From: an uncultured Candidatus Saccharibacteria bacterium
GTDB taxonomy: Bacteria > Patescibacteriota > Minisyncoccia > Phycocordibacterales > UBA9988
DNA: 64,000 bases
Direction: 5' to 3'
Assembly: GCA_964401135.1 (NCBI GenBank)
Contig: CAYNXC010000001.1
Span: forward strand, 210,264-274,263
Part shown: one piece after another, positions 28,848 through 39,248 of the stretch
Numbering within the stretch: position 1 is the stretch's first letter
Layout: every line of letters starts with the position of its first letter
Translations under genes and position numbers: made by a program
Notes under the pieces: generated by a model
The model's input: only the letters and a program-made list of their open reading frames with translations
Databases searched by the model: none
Told to the model about the DNA's origin: nothing

Positions 28848-29372
28848 CTAAGGGTCCAGCTGCTCTATAAAAGTGGCCGTGTTACTGTCGCCATTCTCAT
28901 TATGAATATACAGAAAAATATCTTGGGTGTTTCCATGAACTGGGTTTTGAGGTAATCCCGGAGCACCTAAGCTGATGCCCCAATGTGAGAGGGTAGAGAG
29001 AGCTTCTTCCTCCGACTGTACGACGGGTGGGTAACGGTGAATGAAGCGTATTTCTGTACCATTTTTTTGTGATGGGACAGAGTAGCGCGTCTCAAATATG
29101 GTATGCACGGTATTACTTGCCGTAAAACCCTTACCCTGTATCACTATTTCAGTCCCCGAGACCCCGCGGGAAGGCGAGAGTGCAGTAATCATGGGAGTGC
29201 TCGCACTCACCACAACGGTGGTAGGCACGGTAGAGATCGGCGTGGGATACAGAGCCAACCTTCGTAAGAGCAAGAGTAGTGTCGCACGCATTGATGGAGA
29301 AAAAGAAGCCCCATATACAATACCGGGGGAGATAAGTGCGCCTAGTACGAAGATAAGGTGGATGCGCCTCAT
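28848..29372 (-). CDS. Secreted protein with an IPT/TIG-like domain
   Basis: Signal peptide, then ITALSPSRGVSGTEIVIQGKGF, an IPT/TIG-like strand pattern. Confidence 0.45.
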   Translation of the reverse strand: MRRIHLIFVLGALISPGIVYGASFSPSMRATLLLLLRRLALYPTPISTVPTTVVVSASTPMITALSPSRGVSGTEIVIQGKGFTASNTVHTIFETRYSVPSQKNGTEIRFIHRYPPVVQSEEEALSTLSHWGISLGAPGLPQNPVHGNTQDIFLYIHNENGDSNTATFIEQLDP

Positions 29373-29439
29373 ATAAGTAGTATACTGTAATTGCGTTATC
29401 CACCCAACAGGCACTCAAAATCACGCTATACTTACAGTT

Positions 29440-30297
29440 ATGAATAAGTTTGCCGCTGGTCTACTCACGGCCTTTGTTTGTGTACTCGCTTTTCTATGGT
29501 GGTTTGGTGGGAAAGTAGAACGGGGAGAAATTGGCAATGCGCTCTACACCGCAGAGAAAAAGGATGCAAAAGCCGAGATTGCCGACAGCGACAAGGATGG
29601 CCTGCGAGATTGGGAAGAACGACTCTGGGGTACTGACATACATTCAACAGATAGTGATGGAGACGGAACAGGGGATGGTGAAGAGGTCGCCCTCGGGAGA
29701 GATCCCAAGAAAAAGTCACCAGGAGATACCCTCTCAAATAAGGAGGACATTGCCCGTGCCGCAATTCACGAGAGTGTGAGCGAGGGAGGGGGCACCATAA
29801 TACCCACAACGGAGGATTTAAAACCAACACTTACTTACACCGCATTTGATATCCATACAGTGGACTCAAAGGATCAGGCTTTTCTCATAAACTATGGGGC
29901 AAGTTTGCGCACAAACTTACGGCCACTCAGCACAGGATTTGGCTCTGCAGCGAGTAATACTATTGCAGTGCTCTCAAAAAAAGATTCGGGGAGTATAGAA
30001 CGGATTAAGGCAGAAGAAACACTACTTATTACAATTACCAAAGAGTTACTCGTTCTTGATGTGCCAGAGTCAGCGAGCGTAATCCACCTTAAACTCCTCA
30101 ATTCACTCACAGAATTAGCAGAGCTCGCGTATACTATGGAGCAAGTGGAGCGTGAACCTGCGTTTGCGCTCGCCAGTGCTGAGGCATACGAAAAGAAAAA
30201 GCCCGAACTCTTGGCAGTGCTCGGTGAGATAAACGCATATTTCAAAGGAGAGGGGGTACGCTTTGATTCAAAAAATGCCGTCACTATAAGTCTATGA
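29440..30297 (+). CDS. Membrane-anchored protein with thrombospondin-type-3-like Ca-binding repeats
   Basis: N-terminal anchor, then DSDKDGLRDWEE and DSDGDGTGDGEE (DxDxDG repeats). Confidence 0.5.
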   Translation: MNKFAAGLLTAFVCVLAFLWWFGGKVERGEIGNALYTAEKKDAKAEIADSDKDGLRDWEERLWGTDIHSTDSDGDGTGDGEEVALGRDPKKKSPGDTLSNKEDIARAAIHESVSEGGGTIIPTTEDLKPTLTYTAFDIHTVDSKDQAFLINYGASLRTNLRPLSTGFGSAASNTIAVLSKKDSGSIERIKAEETLLITITKELLVLDVPESASVIHLKLLNSLTELAELAYTMEQVEREPAFALASAEAYEKKKPELLAVLGEINAYFKGEGVRFDSKNAVTISL

Positions 30298-32390
30298 AGG
30301 TACGAGAACATACACTCATTATAATCTCGCTCGGAATCGCCTTTCTTTCAATCTTTTTTGTAGGGTCGCTCACGGTACAGGCAGAGGAACAAAGGGCAAA
30401 CGATAACAGTCTTATTCAAGCTGGTTTTGATTACGGCCCACAAGAAACAATTGCTCAAGAAATTATTAATGGTCGTGCCGAGAACGACCTCAAAGAGTGT
30501 GTCGCAGAAACAGGGAATACTACCTCGGGAGGATCATCCGGTGGCGACTATGTTCCCGTGCATGAAGTGGGGGAGCTCCTCTCGCTCACCACGGGCATCA
30601 ATAAAAAAGTAACGCACGGCAACGATCTCTTGGTAGATATCTGTATGCACTTAAAGGCGATACGACGCGTGCAGTATGTAATGGAGGCACAAGTGCTCTA
30701 CCATGACCCCAATGCGCGCAAGGCCGCGGCAAAGGCAATCTTTGAACACAAACAGTCCTTCATAGAGAACAACATTAAGAAGGGTTATGAAGTTTCTCCC
30801 GCACTCCTCGGTACCAGCGGGACAGAGAGTAGTTCGGAAAATAAGCAGCCGCTCTATGTGGCAAATATGGACGAGCACCTCAAGTCTGTACGCAGTGAGG
30901 CCTACGGAGTTTTTGATGCTGATTTAACCACACTCAACTCTTCAGCAAATCCAAATATCTTCACCGATAGCATCCGCAAAAATCTTGCAGTCTCTGAAGC
31001 AGCAGGGGAGAGTGAGGAATCACGATTGAGGACATCTCTCGGGTCTACTATCACGAAAGATGAATTCAACGCCTTTACCAACGACTTCTCACAAGGTGGG
31101 TGGGATATGTGGCTCAAGGTACTTGATCCACGCAACAACTACAGAGGCTCAAAAATTCTTGCACAGGATGAGCTCAATTATAGAAAGTCACTCGCAGAGA
31201 CAAACGCGAGAGAAGAAATTGCATCAGCAAAAGGATTTCTCCCTGTTCGTGAATGTGCCACAGAAAACTGGGTAACAACTGCTGATGGGAAGAAGTACTG
31301 TAGAAAGTGGACGGTCAAAACTCCTGGGACCATCAACGAGAGTTACCTTGCAGACATTGTCGGGTCAACTCTGCGTCAAAATGAGATAGCAGATCAGTCG
31401 GTGGAAGATTTTAGCAAGACAGAGTTTGCACGCGTAGAGAGTGAGTTAACTAACCTAGAAAAGGTGGGGAAGACGGAGGACAGAGTAGCAGTACAGAGCA
31501 TCTTCCAAAAAGAGGATCCATGCCCCGGACCAGGGCCTTGTGAAGATTCTGGCTGGGTGGGGAGTAGTGCAGGAGGAGGGATAGGCGGAGGAGGAGGTAT
31601 CACTAACCCAACAACACTCGCGCAACAAATTTATAACAATAAAAATACATTACCAGGTCTCCCTGATGGATTACAATCAATCTTCAACATCCCTGGACTC
31701 TCACAGGAAGCAATCATCAAACAGATTACAGAGTGGCTTAAAAAAGATACCAATGGAAATGGTACTCCCGACTACTTAGAGAGTGAGCCCCCGAAGATTG
31801 TCTTTACTGCCGAAACCAACTCCCTTGCAATTGCGGCCGATGCGGATAGAAACACCACAAAACTTACCTGGAATGCGTGGAATGCAACGGAGTGCAGTGC
31901 GGTCAACGACTGGTTGAGTGCAAGTACGATTACAAAATCGCGCGATACCAAGCTCGCCCCAACAGGGACGCTCACCGTACGACACCCATACACCTTTACC
32001 GTGAGTCTCTCTCGGAGTCCTGACTTAAGTGGATGGAGCACGGGGAGAGTAACGAGCGTGGCGGATCAATTTCTCCTCTCTCAAAAAACAACCATTGATC
32101 TCTCTGGTCTTACTGCCGCGTCGGGGTTAAGCTTCACCCTCTCACTTGGCACCAATGCCAACCTCACTGTAGTGGGAAATAGTTCAAATCAAAATCTGAC
32201 ACAGTCATTCAAAGAAGCGTATAACACACTCTCACAGACAGATGTGAATTATTCTGCTTTGCGTGGTAAGTACGCATTCACTTTTGATATCTCAAACAAA
32301 AAAATCTACATCAGTGCCAATCCGATATACAAAATCTCTTGCACGAATGCGAACAGTACAGAATATAAAGATGTAACGATTACGCGATGA
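30294..32390 (+). CDS. Large secreted or surface hypothetical protein (698 aa), T4SS-cluster associated
   Basis: Signal peptide, a Gly-rich stretch GGGIGGGGGITNP, and no recognisable family. ATGA overlap with the previous gene. Confidence 0.5.
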   Translation: MKVREHTLIIISLGIAFLSIFFVGSLTVQAEEQRANDNSLIQAGFDYGPQETIAQEIINGRAENDLKECVAETGNTTSGGSSGGDYVPVHEVGELLSLTTGINKKVTHGNDLLVDICMHLKAIRRVQYVMEAQVLYHDPNARKAAAKAIFEHKQSFIENNIKKGYEVSPALLGTSGTESSSENKQPLYVANMDEHLKSVRSEAYGVFDADLTTLNSSANPNIFTDSIRKNLAVSEAAGESEESRLRTSLGSTITKDEFNAFTNDFSQGGWDMWLKVLDPRNNYRGSKILAQDELNYRKSLAETNAREEIASAKGFLPVRECATENWVTTADGKKYCRKWTVKTPGTINESYLADIVGSTLRQNEIADQSVEDFSKTEFARVESELTNLEKVGKTEDRVAVQSIFQKEDPCPGPGPCEDSGWVGSSAGGGIGGGGGITNPTTLAQQIYNNKNTLPGLPDGLQSIFNIPGLSQEAIIKQITEWLKKDTNGNGTPDYLESEPPKIVFTAETNSLAIAADADRNTTKLTWNAWNATECSAVNDWLSASTITKSRDTKLAPTGTLTVRHPYTFTVSLSRSPDLSGWSTGRVTSVADQFLLSQKTTIDLSGLTAASGLSFTLSLGTNANLTVVGNSSNQNLTQSFKEAYNTLSQTDVNYSALRGKYAFTFDISNKKIYISANPIYKISCTNANSTEYKDVTITR

Positions 32391-34447
32391 AGCACTGCTC
32401 ACGGATAATTGCGGGGACACTCTTTTTTCTCACTATTTTTGTTTTGTTTTTTGGTGTAGTCCAGACAGTAAATGCTCAAGCCCCTTTACCAGTAATTCCT
32501 GGGTATAACGCTCCTGACACTCCTGAATGGCATGAGATAGCAAGAAAACAAAACACAATGGTAACAGAGTCAGTGGGAGGAGAAGGGGGATTGCTTTCAT
32601 TTCTTCTTCCCAGTTTCAGTGATTTAACAAATTGGATTGGGGATGTTATTTCAACCGCACTCATTTGGCTTGCTGGCAACTTCCTTTGGTTGGGCGGCAA
32701 ACTTCTGGATGCTTCCGTCCAATTTAATGTCTGCGATATGAAGAGTCTAATGGGGACGGCTGTTGTCTCCCAGGGGTGGCTTATCGCTCGTAATATCGCT
32801 AACTTCTTCTTCATCTTCATCCTCCTCTACATTGCCATCTCTATTATTTTAAATGTTGGAGAAAGTCAAAAGAGGTTAATTGTATGGGTCGTGATCATTG
32901 CGCTCGTCATTAACTTTAGCGCCGTGCTTACGCGCTTTGTTATTGATGTATCTAACATCTTTGCCTATCAATTCTATTCAAGCATTGTGGGGGGAGGGGA
33001 TCCGTGCACCGAAGAGAGTCGTAATACAACAGGAATTTCTGCTAATTATATGACTGCATTGAAGTTTCAGAAATATGCAGAAGAAGAATCGAGCTCTGAC
33101 TCTCTCTATAAGGGTATTGAAGGATTTGGAGCAAAGACAGTGACAGGAATCATGACGGCAACATTTATTACCATCACTGCATGGAGTTTTATTATTGTCG
33201 CAGCACTAATGATTATCCGTTCCGCGGTGTTAATGATTCTTATTGTGCTCTCACCAATCGCATTTATGGGATTTATCCTACCACAAATAAAACAGGTAAT
33301 GACTAAGTGGTGGGGCGCACTTATTAGTCAAGCCTTCTTTGCGCCGGTGTACCTCTTCTTTGCCTACATCACCCTCGTCCTCGCTAAGGGTACTGTGGCA
33401 CTTTTTTCACAAGAGACTTTTGCCTCTGGATCTGAACAGATATTCAAAATCTTTTTGCAGTACTCAATCCTCATTACACTCATTGTCGTAGGACTCATCC
33501 AAGCAAAAAAGATGAGTGCCGCCGGCGGAGGGGCAGTGCAAGCGCGAGTACTTAAGTCTCTTGATTGGATGCGCGGACAAGCAACAGGAGCCATGGGACG
33601 CAATACAGTGGGGAGACTCGGCCGTCAAATCGCTGATAGTGATCGTGTTAAGAGATGGTCATCAGGCTCTGGTGGTATCTTAAAGAAAGCCGCGGGGATT
33701 CCTATTAAGAATGCAAGTGCTTCTATGGCTGGAGGGAAGTATGGTGGCGGGAAGAGTTACGATGATATTGTTAAGAAGCAAATTGAACGGGCAAAGGGAA
33801 TTGAAGACCCTGCAGATAAAGCGCGCGTCTTGGGAGGAATGAGTACTGCCGCGCGCAGAGAGTACTTTGATAGTCTCTCTGACCGTGAGAAAGCAGAGAC
33901 ACTTGATGCGGCAAAGACTCTCGGGGGCTTCACGCAAGCACGGGTAGAAGGACAGCGTGAGCGACTTACCGCAGAGCAGGTTGAAAAAATGGAGAAGGCA
34001 GGTGGAGAGGGGAAGGATGCTACACGCAAAAAAGAGCAATCCGCAGATATTGAAGCAGTGGTTGGTAATACAGAAAAAGGTATAGCTGGTCTACCAAGAG
34101 GTTCAGACGAGAGAAGAATTAAGATTGAAAAGGTGGTCACAGGACTTAAAGATGATGAGGGACGCAAACTGGCAAAGATTGTTGAAGATGCGGACACGAC
34201 CGACATTGCCACAATGTACGGGAAGATGAACCCACTTGATCTTGTAGACTTAATGGGGAAGGCTAAACTCTCAAATGATGCTAAAGAAAAACTACGAAAG
34301 GGGATGTTGGATCTTGGAGAAGATCACCCAACATTTATTGAGCTACACAGTAATCCAAAATTAAAGATCCTCTTTGGTAGTACACCAATAAACGCACCTA
34401 GGTCAGCACCGACTCCTGCTAATCCTCCAGGAACCACTACAGCATGA
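32387..34447 (+). CDS. VirB6/TrbL-like polytopic membrane protein (T4SS inner-membrane component) with a long hydrophilic C-terminal tail
   Basis: Signal peptide, then at least five or six TM helices in a TrbL/VirB6-like arrangement, then a charged roughly 250-aa tail. Start overlaps the previous gene. Confidence 0.5.
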   Translation: MKHCSRIIAGTLFFLTIFVLFFGVVQTVNAQAPLPVIPGYNAPDTPEWHEIARKQNTMVTESVGGEGGLLSFLLPSFSDLTNWIGDVISTALIWLAGNFLWLGGKLLDASVQFNVCDMKSLMGTAVVSQGWLIARNIANFFFIFILLYIAISIILNVGESQKRLIVWVVIIALVINFSAVLTRFVIDVSNIFAYQFYSSIVGGGDPCTEESRNTTGISANYMTALKFQKYAEEESSSDSLYKGIEGFGAKTVTGIMTATFITITAWSFIIVAALMIIRSAVLMILIVLSPIAFMGFILPQIKQVMTKWWGALISQAFFAPVYLFFAYITLVLAKGTVALFSQETFASGSEQIFKIFLQYSILITLIVVGLIQAKKMSAAGGGAVQARVLKSLDWMRGQATGAMGRNTVGRLGRQIADSDRVKRWSSGSGGILKKAAGIPIKNASASMAGGKYGGGKSYDDIVKKQIERAKGIEDPADKARVLGGMSTAARREYFDSLSDREKAETLDAAKTLGGFTQARVEGQRERLTAEQVEKMEKAGGEGKDATRKKEQSADIEAVVGNTEKGIAGLPRGSDERRIKIEKVVTGLKDDEGRKLAKIVEDADTTDIATMYGKMNPLDLVDLMGKAKLSNDAKEKLRKGMLDLGEDHPTFIELHSNPKLKILFGSTPINAPRSAPTPANPPGTTTA

Positions 34448-34956
34448 ACACATTAACACCAGATCAGCTCCGTGAGATATACAACTCGCTCCCTGAGGAT
34501 CTTCAAGACGCAATGGGTTCGGCACAGACCTCAGAGACAGTACGCCGTATCAGCAACAACTACGGGCTCTCACTAGATCAAATGGGTGAACTTACAGAAG
34601 AGATTGGCCTCACTATGCTTGGTGTAAACACGCTTGAAGATATGCCAAAAAATATTGCGCTTCGACTTGGCACAGATCTCCCTATGGGAACTGCTATTTA
34701 TAGAGATATTAATGGGAGTATCTTCTTAAGGGTGCAGGGGAGCCTAAAGCAAGTACAGGAGCTCCGCGAATCCAAACCTCTACTTACCTACTCCATACAA
34801 AAGGAGAAGATTGTTCCACCTTCCTCACCAACCCCAGCCCCCGTACAAGCACGAGAACAAGCCCTCCCTCAAACACCACACACTGTACTAACTTCGCCAC
34901 ACACCCCAATGCCCAACAAGTCTGCAAATGATCCGTATCGTGAAATAATAGAGTAA
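34444..34956 (+). CDS. Hypothetical cytoplasmic protein, T4SS-cluster associated
   Basis: 170 aa, overlaps both neighbours by a few nucleotides. No motif recognised. Confidence 0.4.
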   Translation: MNTLTPDQLREIYNSLPEDLQDAMGSAQTSETVRRISNNYGLSLDQMGELTEEIGLTMLGVNTLEDMPKNIALRLGTDLPMGTAIYRDINGSIFLRVQGSLKQVQELRESKPLLTYSIQKEKIVPPSSPTPAPVQAREQALPQTPHTVLTSPHTPMPNKSANDPYREIIE

Positions 34957-35387
34957 TGGATTTCCAAGTACCACAATTTATTGAGATAGAGGACAAAATA
35001 TTCGGCCCACTCACCTTCAAACAGTTTGTCTACATTGCCGGTGGAGCGGGGGCGGCATTTGTGCTGTACTCAATTCTCTCTCAATTTCTTCCTTCAGCCA
35101 TCGCAATCATCATCGCTGTCCCCCTTGTTGGCTTGGGACTTGCGCTCGCATTCTATAAAATAAACGAGCGGCCACTCATTTACCTTGTACAAGCCGCGGT
35201 GCTCTATCTTCTTCGCGGAAAGCTGTACCGATGGAGAAAAGAAGAGTATCAGTTAGGAGAAGACCGGGTGAGTCTCCCTTCCGCGCAAAAAAATCCTCTA
35301 CAGGCAACGCCTGTTCGCGGCGACCGTCTCTCTGGTATTGCATGGAATTTAGATGTTCGCAAAGAGATCCCTACCGAACATACATAA
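34956..35387 (+). CDS. PrgI/VirB3-like small membrane protein
   Basis: KIFGPLTFKQF followed by two TM helices. Size and pattern fit the PrgI family of Gram-positive-type T4SS. Confidence 0.5.
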   Translation: MDFQVPQFIEIEDKIFGPLTFKQFVYIAGGAGAAFVLYSILSQFLPSAIAIIIAVPLVGLGLALAFYKINERPLIYLVQAAVLYLLRGKLYRWRKEEYQLGEDRVSLPSAQKNPLQATPVRGDRLSGIAWNLDVRKEIPTEHT

Positions 35388-35390
35388 GCT

Positions 35391-36050
35391 ATGGCAACAA
35401 AACAAGCAAACGCTTCACAAAAATTTCTCCCTATCCGCGAAATACGCGATAGTGTTGTGGTACTCTCTGATGGTGGAATGCGTATGGCCTTAATGGCCTC
35501 GTCTCTTAACTTTGCACTGAAATCACAAGACGAACAGATGGCAATACTACTCCAGTTTCAAAATTTTTTAAATGCTCTTGATTTTCATATTGAGTTTTTC
35601 ATAGAATCTCGCCGCTTGGACATACGACCCTACCTGCGCATCCTTGAGGACCGTATGAAGGAGCAGGTCAACGATCTGGTAAAAATACAAACCAAAGAGT
35701 ATCTGGACTTTGTGCGCAGTTTTACTGAGAGTACCAATGTGATGTCTAAATCATTCTTTGTGGTAGTGCCCTACAGTCCTCCAATCATCCAGAACTCAAG
35801 TGGATTTTTTGGGAAAATGTTTAATCGGGATAAAACTAATACTCAAGCTCTAGATGAGAGTGCATTTGAAGAACATCGGACACAACTTGAACAGCGTTCG
35901 TATGTCGTTGCACAGGGACTTGCCGCGTTCGGAGTACGATCAGTCATCCTTGGTACCGATGAGCTGGTAGAGCTCTATTACAAATTATTTAACCCCGGAG
36001 AGAAGGATGCGCCACAACCGGGAAGCTACACCAACAATGCCTCTGTTTAA
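35391..36050 (+). CDS. VirB4-like N-terminal domain as a separate ORF (possible split or frameshifted virB4)
   Basis: Immediately precedes, and overlaps in another frame, the VirB4 ATPase ORF. Size of about 219 aa matches the VirB4 N-terminal domain. Confidence 0.45.
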   Translation: MATKQANASQKFLPIREIRDSVVVLSDGGMRMALMASSLNFALKSQDEQMAILLQFQNFLNALDFHIEFFIESRRLDIRPYLRILEDRMKEQVNDLVKIQTKEYLDFVRSFTESTNVMSKSFFVVVPYSPPIIQNSSGFFGKMFNRDKTNTQALDESAFEEHRTQLEQRSYVVAQGLAAFGVRSVILGTDELVELYYKLFNPGEKDAPQPGSYTNNASV

Positions 36051-37875
36051 GAAAAAAGAAGTGTCTGAGGAGGAGGCAAGTGTCTCCGTCATCCCCCGTG
36101 ATTTTTATGAGGGCAATCAACTTTCTCTCAAGGATGTCATCGCCCCTGCTGCGCTCCAAGTTAATCCAAGCTTCATCAACATTGGCGGTAAGTACGCACG
36201 CACCTTCTTTGTTATCTCCTACCCTCGACAGTTAGCAAAGAGTTGGTTTAGTCCCATCATCAACCTTGACCGTGTGTTTGATATTTCTATCTATGTGCAC
36301 CCTATTGACACTTCGGTAGTCCTCCGACAATTACAGAAAAAAGTTGCCGAGGTACAGAGCCAAATTTCAGTACGAGAGGAGCGGGGAATGGTGCGTGACC
36401 CCAAACTAGACACCGCGTACCAAGATATAGAATTCCTCCGCGACCAGCTCCAGCAATCGCGAGAAAAAATGTTTGATGTGGGTCTCTATCTCACCTTTTA
36501 TGGAGAGAGCGAGGAAGAGCTCAACAAAACAGAATCGGAAGTAAAAAGTATGTTGGAGTCAAAACTGGTATATGTGAAGCCTGCTGTATTTCAACAAGAA
36601 GATGGTTGGAAGAGCACTTTGCCGCTCGGTATGGACTTACTCTCTGTACATTCAAAATTGAACTCCTCTCCACTCTCATCACTCTTCCCCTTTACCTCGT
36701 TTGACCTTACCAGTAACCAAGGGATCCTCTACGGCATCAACCGTCACAACGCCTCACTGGTGATGTTTGATCGCTTTTCAATGGAGAATTACAACTCCGT
36801 CACCTTTGCCAAGTCTGGATCGGGCAAGTCTTACGCCACCAAACTAGAGATCCTCCGGAGTCTTATGTTTGATGTGGATGTGATAGTGATAGACCCTGAA
36901 CGAGAGTATGAGTATATGGCGGAATCTGCAGGAGGGCGTTATTTTAACATTTCACTCACTTCAGAGCACCATATTAACCCATTTGATTTACCATTTCCCC
37001 GCGAAGATGAATCGCCTGCAGATGTATTACGGAGTAACATCATTAACCTCGTTGGGCTCTTTCGTATTATGTTGGGAGGCCTCACCCCTGAAGAAGACTC
37101 TATCATTGATTCTGCTATTACAGAGACTTACGCACTCAAAGATATTACTGCAGACAGCGATTTTACCGGAAAACCTGCCCCTATCCTCTCTGACCTTAAC
37201 CTCGTACTTGCCTCTATGGAAGGAGGGGAGTCGCTCTCACAGAGACTCAATAAGTACACTCAAGGCACCTGGGCGGGGTTCTTAAACCAACCAACCAATG
37301 TAGACATCAATAAAAAGTTTGTAGTCTTTTCAATCCGTGATATGGAGGATGAGCTCAAGCCTGTCGCAATGTACATTATTATGCACCATATTTGGAATGT
37401 AGTGCGCCGGACGCTTAAAAAAAGGATTCTAGTGGTAGATGAGGCGTGGTGGATGATGAAGGCAGAAGATACAGCCTCCTTTCTCTTCTCACTCGCTAAG
37501 CGCGGAAGAAAGTACTACTTAGGTCTCGCTACCATTACACAAGATGTAGGCGACTTCTTAAAGTCACCTTACGGGCTCCCTATGATTACCAACTCATCTA
37601 TACAAATACTCCTAAAACAATCGCCGGCATCTATTGATCTTGTTCAACAAACCTTTAACCTCACCGATGAGGAGAAGTACCTCCTCCTTGAGTCAGCAGT
37701 GGGGGAGGGAATCTTTTTTGCTGGGCTAAAGCATGTAGCGATTAAGGTAATCGCTTCGTACACCGAGGATCAAATCATTACCTCCGATCCTTCGCAGGTA
37801 CTCGCCATTAAAAAAGCGAAGGATGAACTGCGAGCGGCAGAGAGTGCTGGTCCCGTTGCAGGAGCTACGGCATGA
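36037..37875 (+). CDS. virB4: VirB4/TrbE/CagE-family conjugative transfer ATPase (C-terminal ATPase portion)
   Basis: Walker A FAKSGSGKSY, Walker B LVVDEAWWMM, and the overall VirB4 motor pattern. Confidence 0.8.
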   Translation: MPLFKKKEVSEEEASVSVIPRDFYEGNQLSLKDVIAPAALQVNPSFINIGGKYARTFFVISYPRQLAKSWFSPIINLDRVFDISIYVHPIDTSVVLRQLQKKVAEVQSQISVREERGMVRDPKLDTAYQDIEFLRDQLQQSREKMFDVGLYLTFYGESEEELNKTESEVKSMLESKLVYVKPAVFQQEDGWKSTLPLGMDLLSVHSKLNSSPLSSLFPFTSFDLTSNQGILYGINRHNASLVMFDRFSMENYNSVTFAKSGSGKSYATKLEILRSLMFDVDVIVIDPEREYEYMAESAGGRYFNISLTSEHHINPFDLPFPREDESPADVLRSNIINLVGLFRIMLGGLTPEEDSIIDSAITETYALKDITADSDFTGKPAPILSDLNLVLASMEGGESLSQRLNKYTQGTWAGFLNQPTNVDINKKFVVFSIRDMEDELKPVAMYIIMHHIWNVVRRTLKKRILVVDEAWWMMKAEDTASFLFSLAKRGRKYYLGLATITQDVGDFLKSPYGLPMITNSSIQILLKQSPASIDLVQQTFNLTDEEKYLLLESAVGEGIFFAGLKHVAIKVIASYTEDQIITSDPSQVLAIKKAKDELRAAESAGPVAGATA

Positions 37876-38198
37876 AGCGTCGGATCAGTAACACCACTGC
37901 AGGTCTCCTTATTTTAGGAACACTTATTGCGGAACTACTCCAAGCAGTGACTAACTTTATTGGGGTTGGCTTCGTCTTAAACCCCATCGTGAGCATATTT
38001 ATCTGGCTCACAGCATACTTTGTATTCGCTACACATAATGTAAGTGTGTTTAGCTCTCGTAAGCTCGCCGCGGCACTCACGAGCGCTACAATAGAGATGA
38101 TCCCTTTTATTGCGGTAATCCCTGCGTGGACACTCTATGTGATATCCATTATTGTTATTTCCCGCAGAGAGGATCGTATACATCATACCGATGAGTAA
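37872..38198 (+). CDS. Small three-TM membrane protein, T4SS-cluster associated
   Basis: 108 aa, hydrophobic, overlapping start. Possibly a VirB2/VirB3-like accessory. Confidence 0.4.
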   Translation: MKRRISNTTAGLLILGTLIAELLQAVTNFIGVGFVLNPIVSIFIWLTAYFVFATHNVSVFSSRKLAAALTSATIEMIPFIAVIPAWTLYVISIIVISRREDRIHHTDE

Positions 38199-38217
38199 AT
38201 CCACAACACACCAAGGT

Positions 38218-39246
38218 ATGCGCTCCTTTCAATGGTACAATGTGCTCATGGTAAGATGCGCCATCTGTTTAATACTTCTCTTGTGTATACCAATGGGAGT
38301 GTCTGCGGCGATACTCAGTGGAGATGAGGGAGTCTCTGTGTCAGTCTCACCGGAGTACCCAGGTGCCGGAGAAGCTGTGACTATAAGTCTCTCGGGAAGA
38401 ACTTTTGATATCGATGCGGCCACTGTCACATGGACAGTAGAAGGAAAAAAAGTATTAGAAGGACCTGCTGAAAAAAATTATTCATTCACTACAAGTGAGT
38501 CCGGTGCAGTAAGTGCGATCACCGCAACAGTGCTCACGAGTGATGGCACCCGCTACCAAAAGGGAATAAGCATCAGCCCTTCGAAAGTAGACCTGATTTG
38601 GGAAGCACAAACCTATACACCACCTTTTTTTAAAGGGCACTCTCTTGCAAGTTCCGAGAGTGTAATCACCGTCGTTGCTCTCGCAGAGCTCAAGGGGGGT
38701 AACGGAACAAAAATACCTGCGAGTAAACTGATTTATAAATGGAGTAAGGATGGAAAAAATATCTCAAGCGCGTCAGGCTTAGGGAAGCAATCGTTTACTT
38801 TCACTGGAGCAAAATTATTTAATGACAATAAAGTAACGGTAAGTATTACTTCGCAAGACGGACTAGTAACAGCCGAGCGGAGCATTAGTATCCCTGTCTC
38901 TAATCCTCGTATTGTTGTCTATCCAGCTCCAGCGCTCTTAGGGACAGAGTATGGAAATGCACTCACGAACTCGTTCACATTACAAGAAGATGAGATGGGG
39001 GTCCGTGCGGTACCATTCTACTTTAGTACTACCGCAGTGGGGGCTCCTGCAACAAGGCTTGTATGGTCCTTGAATGGGAAAATTCTCCCCACAGAGCCTG
39101 GCTCAGATATGCTGGCAATATTACGAAAGGGGACGAGCGCTGGTACTGCTCGCATTAGAGTGGAGGGAGCGCACACAAGTAACCTACTCCAATCAGCCGA
39201 GTGGTCAGGAATAATTAATTTAGGATCTGGGACAAATACCTTTTAA
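38218..39246 (+). CDS. Secreted hypothetical protein (beta-rich, Ig-like repeats)
   Basis: Signal peptide MRSFQWYNVLMVRCAICLILLLCIPMGVSAA, then a repetitive beta-strand-rich sequence. Confidence 0.45.
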   Translation: MRSFQWYNVLMVRCAICLILLLCIPMGVSAAILSGDEGVSVSVSPEYPGAGEAVTISLSGRTFDIDAATVTWTVEGKKVLEGPAEKNYSFTTSESGAVSAITATVLTSDGTRYQKGISISPSKVDLIWEAQTYTPPFFKGHSLASSESVITVVALAELKGGNGTKIPASKLIYKWSKDGKNISSASGLGKQSFTFTGAKLFNDNKVTVSITSQDGLVTAERSISIPVSNPRIVVYPAPALLGTEYGNALTNSFTLQEDEMGVRAVPFYFSTTAVGAPATRLVWSLNGKILPTEPGSDMLAILRKGTSAGTARIRVEGAHTSNLLQSAEWSGIINLGSGTNTF

Positions 39247-39248
39247 CT

